Source of the DNA: Lama glama
Lineage: Eukaryota
Assembly (NCBI GenBank): GCA_028534125.1
Contig: CM052824.1
Coordinates: forward strand, 61,008,001 to 61,072,000
Direction of reading: 5' to 3'
Length of the DNA: 64,000 nucleotides
The notes below the pieces were generated by a model. That model saw only the letters and a program-made list of their open reading frames with translations, did no database searches and was not told the origin of the DNA. Shown piece by piece: positions 29,753 through 43,160 of this stretch. A program made the position numbers and the translations under genes. Each line of letters begins with the position of its first letter. Position 1 is the first letter of the stretch.

Positions 29753-32700
29753 ATGGGTGATGAAAAGGACTCTTGGAAAGTGAAAACTTTAGATGAAATT
29801 CTCCAGGAGAAGAAACGACGGAAGGAACAAGAGGAGAAAGCAGAGATAAAACGCTTAAAAAACGTAAGCCCTGTTTTTTAAGTAAGTGGGTTTTTATAAG
29901 GAGATTTAATTTTTTTACCCTCGTTTTTCCATTAGAACAGCGCTTCTTCGGTGAAGTTCTTTTGTACTTCCAAATGTTTCAGGTGAGCCCAAAATCTGTT
30001 TCAAAAATTAACAAAAACCTTGGGATACTCAGTTTACGTTGAAGACGGACGGATAACATACTAAAGTTGCATGCAGATGATCGTGTCTGTATGCAGAATC
30101 AAGTGCTTTGGGTCTAAAATCATTAGCACAGTTGGACTGATTTTTCTCATTTCTTCATCCTGTTCATGATGCCATTTCCAAGTATTTTTAGTATAGTAGG
30201 ACGTTGCCTTGAGGCTAATGTTAGCATTTTACGTCTTTTATAAGTACCTTGTGAGACAGTGCAAAGTATTTGGTGTGTAAGGTATGCTTTTCGGCTCAGT
30301 TTTGGCTCATATGAAGAACTAACATACTTGGCACAGAATCTAACATCCTCTGCCATGTATAATGGTTTTAAATTTCTCAAGTTCTGGGTAACAGAGTTAT
30401 AATTCTGATGTAATGGAATTTGAATGAAAGGTTTCTGTATTTTATAACATCGGTCCATTCAAAGTGTATATGAAAGTTTGTTTTTGGATGTTTGCAAGGT
30501 TCGAGTATCATTACAAATATGCTTATCTGTGAGGAAGATTACTTTCTCCTTGCTTCTTAGTCTGATGACCGGGATTCCAAGCGGGATTCCCTTGAGGAAG
30601 GGGAGCTGAGGGACCACCGCATGGAGATAACAATAAGGAACTCCCCCTACAGAAGAGAGGACTCCATGGAGGACAGGTGAGGAGAGGCATGCTGGGCTCC
30701 TCCGAGAGGTGGCCGGGGCCCCACTGCAGGGCTGTGGTACTGGCTGGTCCCTCTCAGTGTTACTTCAGAGGTTTGTGGTCGTGATCTGTGGTTTACCTCG
30801 CAGTCGGAGTGAGGTCCTGTGCAGGGCCGGTTGTCGCCCACCCATCGTGAAAGGACTGCGTGTGTTCCTTCCTTTGTGCTTGTTCTTCAGTCCCGTCTGC
30901 ACCATGTACGTGGTACTTCAGAATGGTTTTGCCAAATGTCTGTGGTGGTTGTAAAATGATGACTGCCTGACATTTTGTGTAGATAACCAAAGTACTTGTG
31001 AAGGATACCTGAGCAAGGCCTTGGGACAGAAATGTCCCTGCTGAGGTCCATGTGTTCTGGGCCATGGTGTCTCCTCACTTGTTTCCTCCTGTGTCCACTG
31101 TCAAGAAATTAAAAGCAGCCTAACCAGAAATTAAGGCAAAAAGGCATCAGGGTGTGACTTCTCCCAAAGTTTTGGTTATGTAGTGTTGGAAGATTGCTGT
31201 TGAATGACCTTTTGAGATCATTAAGTTTGATTAAAATGGTGGGACCTTCTTTAACAACCTTATTGAGGTATAAGTAACAAACTGCACATATTTAAGTGTG
31301 TTGTTTGACCCGGTTTTGTATAATTACCTGTAAAACTGTCACCACCATCATGATGATGAACCTGCCCATCACAGCCTACGGTTCATCAGAGATTTCAGTT
31401 CCGTTTATCACACTGATTCCCCATGTGCACTTTTCCTCTGAATCTGTGTCTAACATACAGTTTGGGCTTATGTTTCATAATTAACAAATTCTTTTAAATG
31501 ACGGTTGAGACTCAACTTTATTCACATCTGAGCCTTTGTTTCTGCGGGTTCGAGAAGCTTCACCATAGCCAGATGCTCCCAGCCTGACTTTCTCAAGCAT
31601 GATGTGATGCTGTGGTGTCTTGTTTCAGAGGAGAGGAGGATGATTCTTTGGCTATCAAACCACCCCAGCAAATGTCTCGAAAGGAGAAAGCTCACCACAG
31701 GAAAGACGAAAAGAGAAAAGAGAAACGGAGGCATCGTAGTCATTCAGCAGAAGGGGGTACAGAGCATTTGTTTTCTTTCCTGTTACATTGAAATGTGGTC
31801 TGTTTCTATTTTCATAATCTGGCACAGTTGAAAGAGAAGAGAATGAAATTTTAGCTGAAAGCATGAATTTATTGTAGGTCATTCTGAGTAGGCATTTCAT
31901 TTTCCTTCTGGTGTGTTTTCCCCTCATTACATCGTTTTGGGGTAGTTTGTCTACATAGAAAATTGTCTTAATTCAACAAGTGAAAACACACTCTTCAGTG
32001 CTAAGTTGCTTTAAGAAACAGGTGCTTGGTAAAGTCCACATAATGAGTTTGATCTCAGACCAGGATAAAGAGCTCCGTGGGTGTGTTGGGAAAACTGGAC
32101 CTGGGGCCTGAGGTAAATCTCACAGTTAAATGCAGTTGGTTAACGTGGTTTATAACGTGATGTAGAAACCCACTGAAAAGAGCTAAGCATTGTCCTGTAT
32201 TCTTTATGAATGATGATTTTTTAAAATTATGAAATTAATAGTTTAATTAGTTTATTTAGGAAGGAGTTTAGAAGGAGAAGCTGAAAATCACAGTTCTACC
32301 CAGTGATTATCACATTTTGTTTCTTTCTTAATTGGGGGCTTACCGTATAGGGTCTTCACTTCTTTTGTTTCTAACATGAAGTAATGACTGTCTCCAAACC
32401 ATTACGTAGGTATTCCTCTTCTCACTGGGCATTTCTGAGTTGGGTTTCTGGAGGCTGAGTGCCCTAGCACAAGCCTGTGTCTCTGCAGGAAAGCATGCCA
32501 GGGCGAAGGAGAAGGAGAGGGAGCACGAGCGCCGCAAGCGGCACCGCGAGGAGCAGGACAAGGCTCGGCGGGAGTGGGAGCGGCAGAAGAGGCGGGAGCT
32601 GGCGCGGGAGCACTCCCGGCGGGAGAGGTGAGATTGGGCGCCGGCGGGGGGGAGGGGGGGGCGGCTAGCCACACGTGTCCTGAAGCAGCTGAGTTCTCTG

Positions 32701-35700
32701 CATCTTGAAGACGAGTGAATGTGAGTCGATGGAGAGAGATTCAGGAAAGGAGGAGATCCGTGTCTCTGTCCTCCAGGTGGAGGCTGGTCAGGGCTGCTCA
32801 GGAGCCGGACTGGCGGGGCCCGACTCACGGCAGAGACCTGTGTCAGCGTGTGAGGTGGGACTGCAGGCACGGTGACACCGGAGGCAGCTTGGGTCCTGGC
32901 GGAGTTGCGATGTGAGGGATGAAGGTTGGGCCGGGCGGGCAGCGGTGGGGAGAGGGTAGGGAGAGGGTCTTCCTACACCTGGTGGCAGGTGGCAGGGGAG
33001 GTGAGGCGCTGTCCGCACTGCTGAGCCCAGCGCATTGGGTTGGGAGGGGCCGCCCCGTGGGAGGGGGACCAGTGCTGCTCTCAGGTCCTTGGGGCGTGCT
33101 TTGGAGCTGCAGTCCCCGTATGTAGGTTCTGACACAGTGAGTGGTGTGGGGTGCTGCCGTCCGTTCACTTACCATGTATTTACAGTGTGCCTTCTCCGCA
33201 CAGGCCTGTTTTAGGGGGTCTTGTCCAGGGAGGCTGATGGGTGTGTGCTTGGATTCTCTGGGGTCACGGCGGAAGTAGACTGTGGCTCCCCCAGACAAAG
33301 AGGGGAAGTAACAAGGGAAATCTGAAAGGCCGTGAAATGGCCCCGGAGCTGGGCCTTGGTCTGCAAGGCTTGGATTCCCAGGAGGGGACATCTGTTTAGC
33401 CCCAGGTCGCTTCTCCGTGGCTCAGGTATGAATGCTAAGGCCACCTCTGTGTGCTGAGTTTGTTTCCAGAGAGTTTGGGAGCTGGGCTGCTGCAAGGAAG
33501 GAAAAGCAGGTGCCGGCATTCCCAGCAGCGAGGATGGAACAGCTGGGTATGTAAAGGAGGTGGAAGAGGAGCCTTGGTTCTCAGGACACAGGGCGTGTGT
33601 GAGATGAGGCCAAAAGGCAGAGGTCTGAGACCACAGCAAGGCCATCAGAGCTGTCACAGGCCCAGGTTCGCTGCTCATGCATGAAACATCGCTGGGCTGT
33701 CCTCTCTCCAGTGTGGTCTGGTCGCACAGTGGTGCAGACACAGTGATGACCCCAAGGAAGCCAAGCATGAAAATAAAAAGCAGCACACGATAAAGTACAG
33801 CAGTGACCCCTTCTCAAGGGAAGCACGAGTTCACAGCCACAGCCCCAGCCCCACAGGCTCCTAGGCCGACAGGAGCAACTGGGAGGGAGATCAGGCTGCA
33901 GAGCTGCTGCAGTACGTCATCTGAAACGTCCCATTTCTAACAAAGTTTTGAGCCATGTAAAGAAACAAGGCGGTGTTAAGGAAGAAATGCATCAGTAAAA
34001 ACTGTGTTCCGGATTTATTAAAGACCTGGAAGCAAGGAACTTGAAGGTGGAGGAATGGAAATTATGCATTGTGAAGAACAGAGAGAAAAAAAGACTGAAG
34101 AATGAACAGAGCCTCCAGACCTGGGGGGCAGCCCCCACTGTACCAGCAGAGGGGTGACAGCCGTCTTGGGGGAGGAGAGCCAGGGGCACTGAGACATTTT
34201 TTAAAGTAACAGTCGCAACTTCCCAAATTTGATGAAAAACGTTTTATCTCCGTATCCAGGAAGCTCAGTGAGCCTCAAGTAGGGTAAGTAAAGAGTCACA
34301 TCATGGTCAGACGGGTGAAAACCAGTGAGAAATTCGAGAAGGGAGCAGCAAAGGGCTGGCATAGGGGCCCAGTGCTGTTGGTGGGGGCTTCTTAGGAACA
34401 ACAGGGTCAGAAGGCAGGGAGCCTGTCCCCCAGGAATTCTGTGTTCAGCAAAACTGCTCTCCAGGAGTGAGGGCAAATAAAGACCTTCCTGTATGAACAG
34501 ATAGGGACTCACTGTCAGCAAAGCCTGCCCTCCAAGAAATACCCAGGAAGACCTTCGGGCTGAATGAAGTGACACCATGGGAAGAGGCAGCTCGGGGACG
34601 GCTGAAGTGCAGGCTGACACAGAGTCTGTGACTGACTCTTCTCACGTCTTGTCCTCTACGAGAGACACGAGTGCATGAGGACAGTCATTATGAATGCACC
34701 ATGAGGTCGTGTGTGTAGACAGCACCGAGGGGGAAGGAAGGGCTCTGTGGGGCAGTTTCTGCGTTTTCCCAGAATTAATCTGTTAAGATGCGTCATGTGA
34801 TCTCTAGAGCAACCTCTAGGAAAATAACTTGTAAAAATAGTCCACAGAGGGGTTAGACTGGTATACTAAGAATCCTTATTTAAACCAAAAACAGGGAGAA
34901 ACAAAGGGACAAAAACGGAAAACAAAGAGAAAGAAAAATTCAGCCACATCCATAATTGTATTAAATGTGAAACAGTCTGGGTGCCCCAAACAAGGGAGAG
35001 CTTGTCAGAAGAGCAAGATCCCCATCTGTGCCATCTGGAGAGGGACATCTTAGAGCCAAAGACAAGAAAGTTTGGAAGAAAGGATGGAAAAGCTGCGAGA
35101 GGGCCTGAGTGGCTATGCTAACGTCAGACAAAATAAACGTCACGACAGATGCTAAGAGCAGAGGCCTTCAAGAGAGCAAGAAGGTAGAGCAGGAAGGTCC
35201 GACAGTGAGCAGTGTCCACGCACCTGGCAGTGGAGCCCAGACGTCTCTGAAGCAAGAGCTGACAGGACTGAGTGGAGAAGCAGTTGGTGGATTATAGCTG
35301 GAACCGCCAGTTCCCCGTACCAATTGTCCGTGGAACAACCAGAGAGAATCAGCGAGGGTGCAGGAAGTTTGGGAAGTCCTACCAGCCAGGTCAGTCTCGC
35401 TGTCCGGTGCATGCAGCACACGTGTCGCGCCAGGGCCCTGGGATGCCTCTCAGCAGAGACCTGTGCCAGACCATGTGACAAGTCTCACTTAAAAGGGTTG
35501 AGAGGGAGGGGATAGCTAAGTGGAAGAGCATGTGCCCAGCATGTATGAAGTCAGGTTCAATCCCCAGCACCTCCATTTGAATAAGCAAATAAACCTAATT
35601 ACTCCCTTAAAATTAAAAAGAAAAGTTGAGACACAAAAAGTAGGCCCTCTTCCACAGAAGAATTAAATTAAAAATTGGCAACAGGAGGAAACCCAGGGAA

Positions 35701-38700
35701 ATCCTCTAGTGTCTGGGATCCAGCAGCCCACGTCTGAATAACCCATGGCCCAGTGAAGACACTTCAAGGAAAAAAAACATTTTGAACTAAATGAGAACAA
35801 AGACGGTGTGTCAGAACCTGGGGCTGCGGCTGCAGCTGTACTTAGTGTGACGTGTTTGGCTTCAAGCTCCGAAACCAGAAAGGGAAGTTGTCAAATCAGT
35901 AACCTAACCTTTTACCCAAAGAAAGCAGGAATAAAAGGAAAGCAGACTTGACCCAAAGCAAGTAGAAGAAACATCCGGGAAACGCAGAGTGGCCAGAAAG
36001 CTTAGGGGGTGAGGGGTGGTCCCTTCTGGCGGCAACGTGGTCAGTGGGTGATGGGAACGTTCTGAAACTGGCTTGTGACGCAGCAAGTCGCGAGGACTCA
36101 CATGCACTAGTTGAGTCTCTTAGGTAAGTTACGCCTCCACTTGTATTTGGGGGTCGTGTGAACTCGTGGGCAAGCAGCGCGTGGACCCCAGGAGTCGTGG
36201 TCTGGCCCCTGGGGTGGTGACGTCCGCGTGGTCAGTGCTGGCTCAGCCCTGGCCCTCTCACTGAAGCTTGTGCTCGTTTCTGTGTGTGTGTGACGGTCCT
36301 TATGTTCCAGCGTGTCAGCTTTTCAGGTCGCATCCGGCCTTACCTCTGTGGGGACTGAGAGTTGACTGGGTTCAGTGTTTATTCGTCGGCTGCCTGGCCA
36401 CACATTCCGGTCCCTGAGATTGCCTGTCCCCAGCACGACACCTCACTGCCTTCTGCCTACCTGTCCCCGAGAGGGCTGAGCTGGGGGGTGCCCGGGGCTC
36501 CGGGGAGGAGGGCAGGCCGGCCGGCCTGTCTGCGGCTCCCCTGCCCCACCCCCCCCAGGTGAGCACTCCAACCCCTTTGTAGCCCAAGAAAACGTACCTC
36601 CCTCTAAGGGGATTTAAACTCTGCTCTCAGGTGTCCTTGGGGTAATTCTTGTGGAGTCTGGTAGAACTACCTAACAAGTGCCTGGAGCCGGTGGGGTTTT
36701 GCGCCTCACAGGCGGAGCTGCCTCGCCCCCCACTTCACTGTGTCTGGCGTGGCTCTTCAGGAGCTGGGCTCCCAGGACACATGGACACCCGCAGCCTGCT
36801 CTTAAAAGCCCTTTGCAGTTTATCACTTGAAGTAGGAGTGTGGGGAGCACAGGAGACGACTTCCGTTCTGGGCAAAGTCAGTGTGCGCTTGTTCCAGGGA
36901 CCGCCTGGAGCAGCTGGAGAGGAAGCGGGAGCGCGAGCGCAAGCTGCGGGAGCAGCAGAAGGAGCAGCGGGAGCAGAAGGAGCGGGAGCGGCGGGCGGAG
37001 GAGCGGCGCAAGGAGCGGGAGGCCCGGAGGGACGGTGAGGGTGCTCGGCCTGCTGGCCGTCGGGCCCAGCTGGAAGCGGCAGGTTCTCGGCCTTCCTCTT
37101 TGACCAGTGGATGGCAGTCTGAGGGCCCAGGGCCCTCGGGGCGGCTACCCGGCCCGGCCCAGCGCCGTTGGAAGTGTACAGGCAGCGGGGGGCACAAGGG
37201 GTCCTGGAAAGGCAGCGCCGTCTCTGTCCTGGTCTCTGTGTGCAGGGTCTGCACATCACCGAGCCCTGAGGGAGGACTATGGCGACAAAGTGAAGGCCAG
37301 CCACTGGAGCCGGAGCCCCCTCCGGCCGCCTCGCGAGCGCTTCGAGCTGGGGGAAGGCCGGAAGCCCGGTGAGTGTCATGGCCGGTCTTCACGGGGGAGC
37401 ATGAGTGCAGCGCCGTGCTACCTCCTCGCCACACTGAACAGGCCGAAGCACGGGGGCTGCGCGGTGCGGATCTGTGGGAAGTCAGTTTCTTGCTGAAACG
37501 TTGTCACTTGTCCCTGAAGAGGCGTCTCCCACCTCCAGGCCTGCGGAGGCACTGTTTTCAGACAAACTGATGTCAGATTTGTGTGAAAAGCACCATCTCA
37601 TGTTTGCTTGACAACATGTCCCCACATTCACCTTCAGTGGTTTGTTTCATCAGTAAAAGAAGAGAAGACAGAAGAGAGAGACCTGCTGTCTGACCTGCAG
37701 GACGTTAGCGACAGTGAGAGGAAGACCAGCTCGGCCGAGTCCTCGTCGGGTAACCGCCCTTGCCGGGCCCTGCCGCACTGCTGCCGCCGGAGGGAGGGAG
37801 GCCGCCCGGCCACCTGGGTTCTTCTCTTCCCGCAGCAGNNNNNNNNNNNNNNNNNNNNNNNNNNNNNNNNNNNNNNNNNNNNNNNNNNNNNNNNNNNNNN
37901 NNNNNNNNNNNNNNNNNNNNNNNNNNNNNNNNNNNNNNNNNNNNNNNNNNNNNNNNNNNNNNNNNNNNNGAGGACGCATCTGCACAGTCGGCAGGTGAGA
38001 GCGAGGCCCCTCAATCTCATGGGAGCCTGGAAACCACAGAAAACAGTTTGAGTAAAAACACTTCCCAGTTGAAAGTGCCTGCTCTGGGATGCACGTGACA
38101 CCCCAGGGTTGACCATCGAAGGTGCTTCTGTTTGTGGGGTCTGAGCTGCTGCCTGTGTCTCTTGCAGAAGAAGTGAGTGAGGAGGAAATGAGCGAAGATG
38201 AGGAGCGAGAGGGCGAGAACCATGTCCTCGTCGGTACGAAGCCTGCGTGCTCAGTGAGCGTGGCTGGGCGGGGACTACTGTCCGAGGACATGCTGCCCCA
38301 GAGGCTGCGGCAAGCACCCATGCTGGTGGTCCCAAGACTCTGCCCCATACTTGGCACTTGTGCCTTGGTAGCCGGCACCCCTTAGAGGAACAATGCTGAC
38401 CGCACCCTGGGGGCTGCTGGGCTTGGACACGGTGGGATCTGCCAGCTCTGCTCTGACCGTGGGGCCCTCACTGGCCTGGGGCTGGTGTGGCCTCTGCAGG
38501 CAGCCAGCTGTACGCCGGGCCAGCAGTGATGAGTTCTGGGCAGGCCTGAGATGCTATACCGTCTGTCCCGGGTGGTGGGTCGCACAGCCCGTGTGTGGCT
38601 CTTGGGGTGCCCCCCCATGTGGCTCCTTCATGGGCTCACTGTTTCCTCAGAACAGGACTTGGTTGTGACACTTGCTGGTTCCTGGTTCCGTGATGGGTTT

Positions 38701-41700
38701 CACTCTTGAAGTTCCAGAGTCACGATTTGACCGGGATTCTGGGGAGAGTGAAGAAGGGGAAGAGGAGGCGGGTGAGGGCACCCCGCACAGCAGCGCCCTC
38801 ACCGAAGGAGAGCTCGTGCCCGACTCGCCGGCCTTGTCGCCCATTGAGCTCAAGCAGGAGCTGCCCAAGTACCTGCCCGCCCTGCAGGTCAGGCACCTGC
38901 CCACCCCTAGCCTGGCTGTGCTGTGTTGGTCACGGATGGGGCCGCCGCCCTCTGCGTGTCCGTGATCACAGTCTGGCCTCTTGTCCAGCTGCATGGGTGG
39001 GAGGACAGCTCCTGTGAGCGCAGCCAGGACGCCTACGAGGTGCTGCACGCACAGGAGGCAAGCAGACTGGCGGTGGCCGGGTGTGCAGTCACTTCTACTC
39101 AGCCTGGGCTGAGTGAGCAGCTGCCATCCATTGCCCTGTCGCCATGTGGGGGTCGTAGGGCAGTGGTGGGAGTCGGCCCTTGCCCTGCTGGGGAACGGCC
39201 GGGAGGGACTGGGCAGGAGTCGTGCCAGCAGGCAGGGTGTGCAGCAGGCCCTCATGTGCTGGCGCCGTCTCAGGATGAGTGCCTTGGGGGGATGTGCCCG
39301 GGCTGGCTTTTGTCCACGTTGGGTGTATTTCAGGATAAAGGGCACGTGCTGACTGAAGGAAGCAGAGGCAGGAGAGGAGAGCTGCTCCTGGCCCACCATC
39401 CACGCACTCTCTGGGCCCTCCCGAGACTTCCCGGTGGGGGCTGGCTGTGGGATGTGACCCCGGCTGCTGCGCCCTCACGCTGGTGCTTCCTCCTAGGGCT
39501 GTCGGAGTGTGGAGGAGTTCCAGTGCCTGAACAGGATTGAAGAAGGCACTTACGGGGTGGTGTACAGAGCTAAGGACAAGAAAACAGGTGGGTTGAGTCC
39601 CGAGGTGGTCCCTTGTTGGGGGGTGCATGGGGCAGGAACTGGGTGGTCCAGAGTGCCAGCCAGCCCCTCAGGCCCCCACACCAGCTCCAGGAGGGAGGTG
39701 GGGTGTCCTGCCTGTGTCGTGGCCAGCTGGTGGGGGCTGAGATCTGAGCTAGGGCCGTCCTGGGCCCTGGCACCTCCAGTGTTAAGGTCATGGGACACAG
39801 TTCCCTGCTGTCCTAGAAGTTGCCCCTCCCCTGGTGCTGGGCCTCAGCTTGGCCTTACCTGACTGGCGCACACCTGGGCCACCGACCTCTTGGTACCTCT
39901 GGAGGTCACACGTCATCCTGGCCATCAGACTCTGCTGCTCGCTTGCAGCTCAGGCCACTCACTCCCCAGACGGTGTGGGGTCCACCTGGCCGGGCCTGGG
40001 AGCCGCCAGGGCATTGGTCTTGACTGCCGGCACCTGAGCAGGTGTGTGAGCCATGGGTTGGAGCTCTCTCAGCCCTGCGGCCAGGCTCTGAAGAATCAGC
40101 CCGCTGGGGACCCTGAGTGCCATGGATGCCATCTGGGGTGTCCAGGTTTGCTGTCTGTGACCACGGAGGGAGACAGTGGTGAACAGAAGAGTGTCGGTGG
40201 GAGGGTGTTTCTCAGCACTTGTCTTTAAACTGCTCTCTTCAGATGAGATCGTGGCTCTGAAGCGGCTGAAGATGGAGAAGGAGAAGGAGGGCTTCCCCAT
40301 CACGTCACTGCGGGAGATCAACACCATCCTCAAGGCACAGCACCCCAACATCGTCACTGTCAGGGTGAGGGCTGGGCTCCAGGTGTCAGGGGGAGCCGGG
40401 GAGCCAGGCAGCAGGCTGGCCTGGGCACCGGTGTCACCGGGCCTGCGGTTGTTTCCCAGGAAATAGTCGTGGGCAGCAACATGGACAAGATCTACATCGT
40501 GATGAACTATGTGGAACATGACCTCAAGAGCCTCATGGAGACCATGAAGCAGCCGTTTCTGCCAGGTGGGCCTCCTGCAGGCCTCAGTCAGTCCTACAGT
40601 GTGGCCCTGACCCTGACCCCAAGGGGTGTCCCTCCCCCAGGCCACCGGTGACGTCCCTGGGGCAGAAGGAGCGTGACCTCCGACTCTGACCCTTTGTACC
40701 ATGTGGGCGAGAGTACCCGTGCCCTGGGCTGGGAAGCCTGGTGGCTGCTGGGGTGTTGGGTGACCCACGGGGCCGGCCCTTGCTGACCTGTCTCTGTGCA
40801 GGGGAGGTGAAGACCCTGATGATCCAGCTGCTGCGCGGCGTCAAGCACCTGCACGACAACTGGATCCTGCACCGCGACCTCAAGACATCCAACCTGCTGC
40901 TGAGCCACGCGGGCATCCTCAAGGTGAGCCCACGCCCCCGTGTGGCCCCTGCCCTCGAGGCGAGCCCGGCCCCTGCCCGGCCCCCATCCTCGGTCAGCAC
41001 CCCCAGGCCAGCTCGGAGGGCCCAGCTCCCAGCTGCAGCCCACCGTTTATCCCTGAAGGTAGGGGACTTCGGGCTGGCACGGGAGTACGGGTCTCCTCTG
41101 AAGGCCTACACCCCAGTTGTTGTGACCCTGTGGTACCGCGCCCCAGAGCTGCTGCTGGGCGCCAAGGTGAGTGTGGGTGAGCAGGAACCAGCCCCGGGCC
41201 CGGGCGACCTGCCAGCCCCCTGAGTGCACCCTGGTCTTCCAGGAGTACTCCACAGCCGTGGATATGTGGTCGGTGGGCTGCATCTTTGGGGAGCTGCTGA
41301 CTCAGAAGCCACTGTTTCCTGGGAAGTCGGAAATTGATCAGATCAACAAAGTGTTCAAGGTGGGTCTGGGGCGCCGCCTGCAGGTGCCCGCTAGGCCATG
41401 TGGGGGCGCTGCAGGCCACTACTCCTCCCTGCAGGTCCTGGCTGTTTGAGACATCCCCCTCTTTTAGGACCTGGGGACCCCCAGTGAGAAAATCTGGCCT
41501 GGCTACAACGACCTCCCTGCCGTCAAGAAGATGACCTTCACCGAGTACCCATATAACAATCTCCGCAAGCGTTTCGGGGCCCTGCTCTCAGACCAGGGCT
41601 TCGACCTCATGAACAAGTGCGTGTGGGCGGGGGTCGCCTGTCCCTGGGCCCTCCCCCAGCCCCACCCCGCGGTGGCCCCAACCGCCCTTGTTCTCCCAGG

Positions 41701-42076
41701 TTCCTGACCTACTTCCCTGGGCGGAGGGTCAACGCAGAGGACGGCCTCAAGCACGAATATTTCCGAGAGACGCCCCTCCCCATCGACCCCTCCATGTTCC
41801 CCACGTGGCCAGCCAAGAGTGAACAGCAGAGGGTGAAGCGAGGCACCAGCCCGCGGCCCCCTGAGGGAGGCCTGGGCTACAGCCAGCTGGTGAGGGGCGG
41901 GCTGGCCGGGGCGGGACGGCTCGGGGTGGTCCCTGAGGTGAGGCTGGCCCGGCCAGGGCCCCACGCTGCCGCTGTCTCTGCAGGGTGACGACGACCTGAA
42001 GGAGACGGGTTTCCACCTCACCACCACCAACCAGGGCGCCTCAGCCGCCGGCCCAGGGTTCAGCCTCAAGTTCTGA
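29753..42076 (+). CDS. CDK11B: Cyclin-dependent kinase 11 (PITSLRE) p110, 782 aa
   Basis: Coding exons 29753-29863, 30561-30676, 31629-31756, 32489-32627, 36898-37034, 37246-37368, 37654-37749, 37836-37994 (mostly N-masked), 38168-38233, 38712-38887, 39497-39587, 40243-40364, 40460-40565, 40802-40923, 41059-41166, 41243-41359, 41468-41616, 41700-41889, 41984-42076; total 2349 nt. Start [13 protein letters not shown]-rich region, [16 protein letters not shown] (40296-40316), [15 protein letters not shown], end GPGFSLKF*. Confidence 0.97.
29936..29982 (+). other. CDK11B: Alternative cassette exon in CDK11B intron 2
   Basis: Polypyrimidine tract followed by tandem acceptors tag|aacag| (starts 29936 or 29941); donor CAG|gtgagc. 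Ends ATG TTT CAG, in frame with exon 3. Confidence 0.65.
33750..36140 (+). mobile_element. Old, decayed L1 (ORF1 / ORF2 endonuclease remnants plus 3' UTR fragment) in CDK11B intron 5
   Basis: aacttcccaaatttgatgaaaaac (ORF1); aaaggatggaaaag...gtggctatgctaacgtcagacaaaataaac (ORF2 endonuclease region); tttgaactaaatgagaac. Boundaries approximate. Confidence 0.75.
35504..35620 (+). mobile_element. tRNA-derived SINE (Vic-1-like) inserted in the old L1
   Basis: gggaggggatagctaagtggaagagcatgtg...ggttcaatccccagcacctcc...aaacctaattac plus an A-rich tail; imperfect flanking duplication aaaag(gg)ttgaga. Confidence 0.82.
38188..42076 (+). CDS. CDK11B: CDK11 p58 isoform from an internal in-frame ATG (439 aa)
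   Basis: ATG at 38188 begins [21 protein letters not shown]; spliced length is 1320 nt. Matches the established IRES-initiated mitotic p58 isoform. Confidence 0.8.
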
Positions 42077-42280
42077 GCTTCACAGTGGACGCCAGACCCA
42101 CCCTGGGGAGCGCCGACCGACTGCCCAGCTGGGACCAGGGCAGACGTTGGAGGCAGCATCTGGGTCCTCCTAGGTCCTGCCCTGACTGGACGTGGCGGCT
42201 GCCAGCCTCGAGTCAGACTGCTGGTCCTGCTGGGTCTCCACGTTTTGTTTTTATTTTATCTTGGCTTGTAAATTTGTAGA

Positions 42281-42286
42281 ATTAAA
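42281..42286 (+). terminator. CDK11B polyadenylation signal (ATTAAA); distal variant AGTAAA at 42579-42584
   Basis: ATTAAA preceded by TGTA elements and followed by U/GU-rich sequence. Confidence 0.65.
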
Positions 42287-43125
42287 TCACATTTTCCTTG
42301 TTGTGGGAGGAAAGGCTGTATTTTTTCAGAGGTATTGGACCTTCCCTGCAAAGAGAGGGCGGGCGTCCGTACTCCCTCACACACAACCACGCTGACTGCT
42401 GGGGGCCAGGCTGGTCTGGTGCTGGCCACGACTGGGGACTGAGCTGCGGGGGTTTTACTCTGCACCGTTCAGGCTGCAGCTGCGAGGCCTCCTTCCCTCC
42501 CCCAGGCCCCCGGAGCTGGGCGTGGCATGCTCAGCCACAGGGGGTTTTTGTACAAGGTGGTTACACGTTTTAAGATGTAGTAAAATACTCTTGGAGGAAA
42601 GGTCTGGAATGTTCTTTCAGCCACTGGCCCTGCACTGGGTCCTGGGCTAGTGCTGCCTGGGAGGGGAGGTGGGAGCAAGGGGGGCCTCTGATCCCACGTG
42701 GGCCCGGCTCCTGCCACCAGCAAGTCCTTCGGCTCCTGGTCTGGCGGGACAAGGTGTCGCTTCTACAAAGGGGACCCTTGCCACTGCCCGCGCCAAGCTA
42801 GTCCCTTCTGTTGGGGTCCCCAGCCTGGTCCCCTCCTCCTGCTGAGGGCGTCCCCCAACCCTGTCCCGCTGTCCTCGGGGAGGCCAGGTGGCCACAGCAG
42901 GCCCCACCCTGGCTCAGCTTCCTGCCTCATTCCGGGCCTCCGGACCCACTTGCAGGCTCCGTCTGCAGAAGCCCTTCCTGGCCTGTCTCCGGGGCCTGTG
43001 TTCTCCCCGCGAGGAACTGTGCAGGGACGTCGGGGTGTCCTGGCCTCAGGCTCCCCGCTCCGTGGGCACAAGACCGGCCACCCACCCTCCCAAGAAAGGG
43101 AGCGGAGACGTCAGAGAGAAAGGGC

Positions 43126-43131
43126 TTTATC
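43126..43131 (-). terminator. Probable MMP23B polyA signal, variant GATAAA
   Basis: The only PAS-like hexamer just after the stop (about 30 nt), followed on the minus strand by pyrimidine-rich sequence. Confidence 0.5.
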
Positions 43132-43160
43132 AGCAGCCTCAGCCTGCCGGAGGGGGGGCC

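Noticed and set aside
35504-35575. tRNA-like A/B box sequences (also 27545-27621)
   Set aside because: These are SINE heads followed by a SINE body and A-tail, not intact tRNA genes.
36860-37410. Human-type CDK11 alternative extensions (upstream acceptor of exon 6, downstream donor of exon 7)
   Set aside because: There is no AG 27 nt upstream of 36898 and only a weak gtgcag donor after exon 7, so they are not supportable here.
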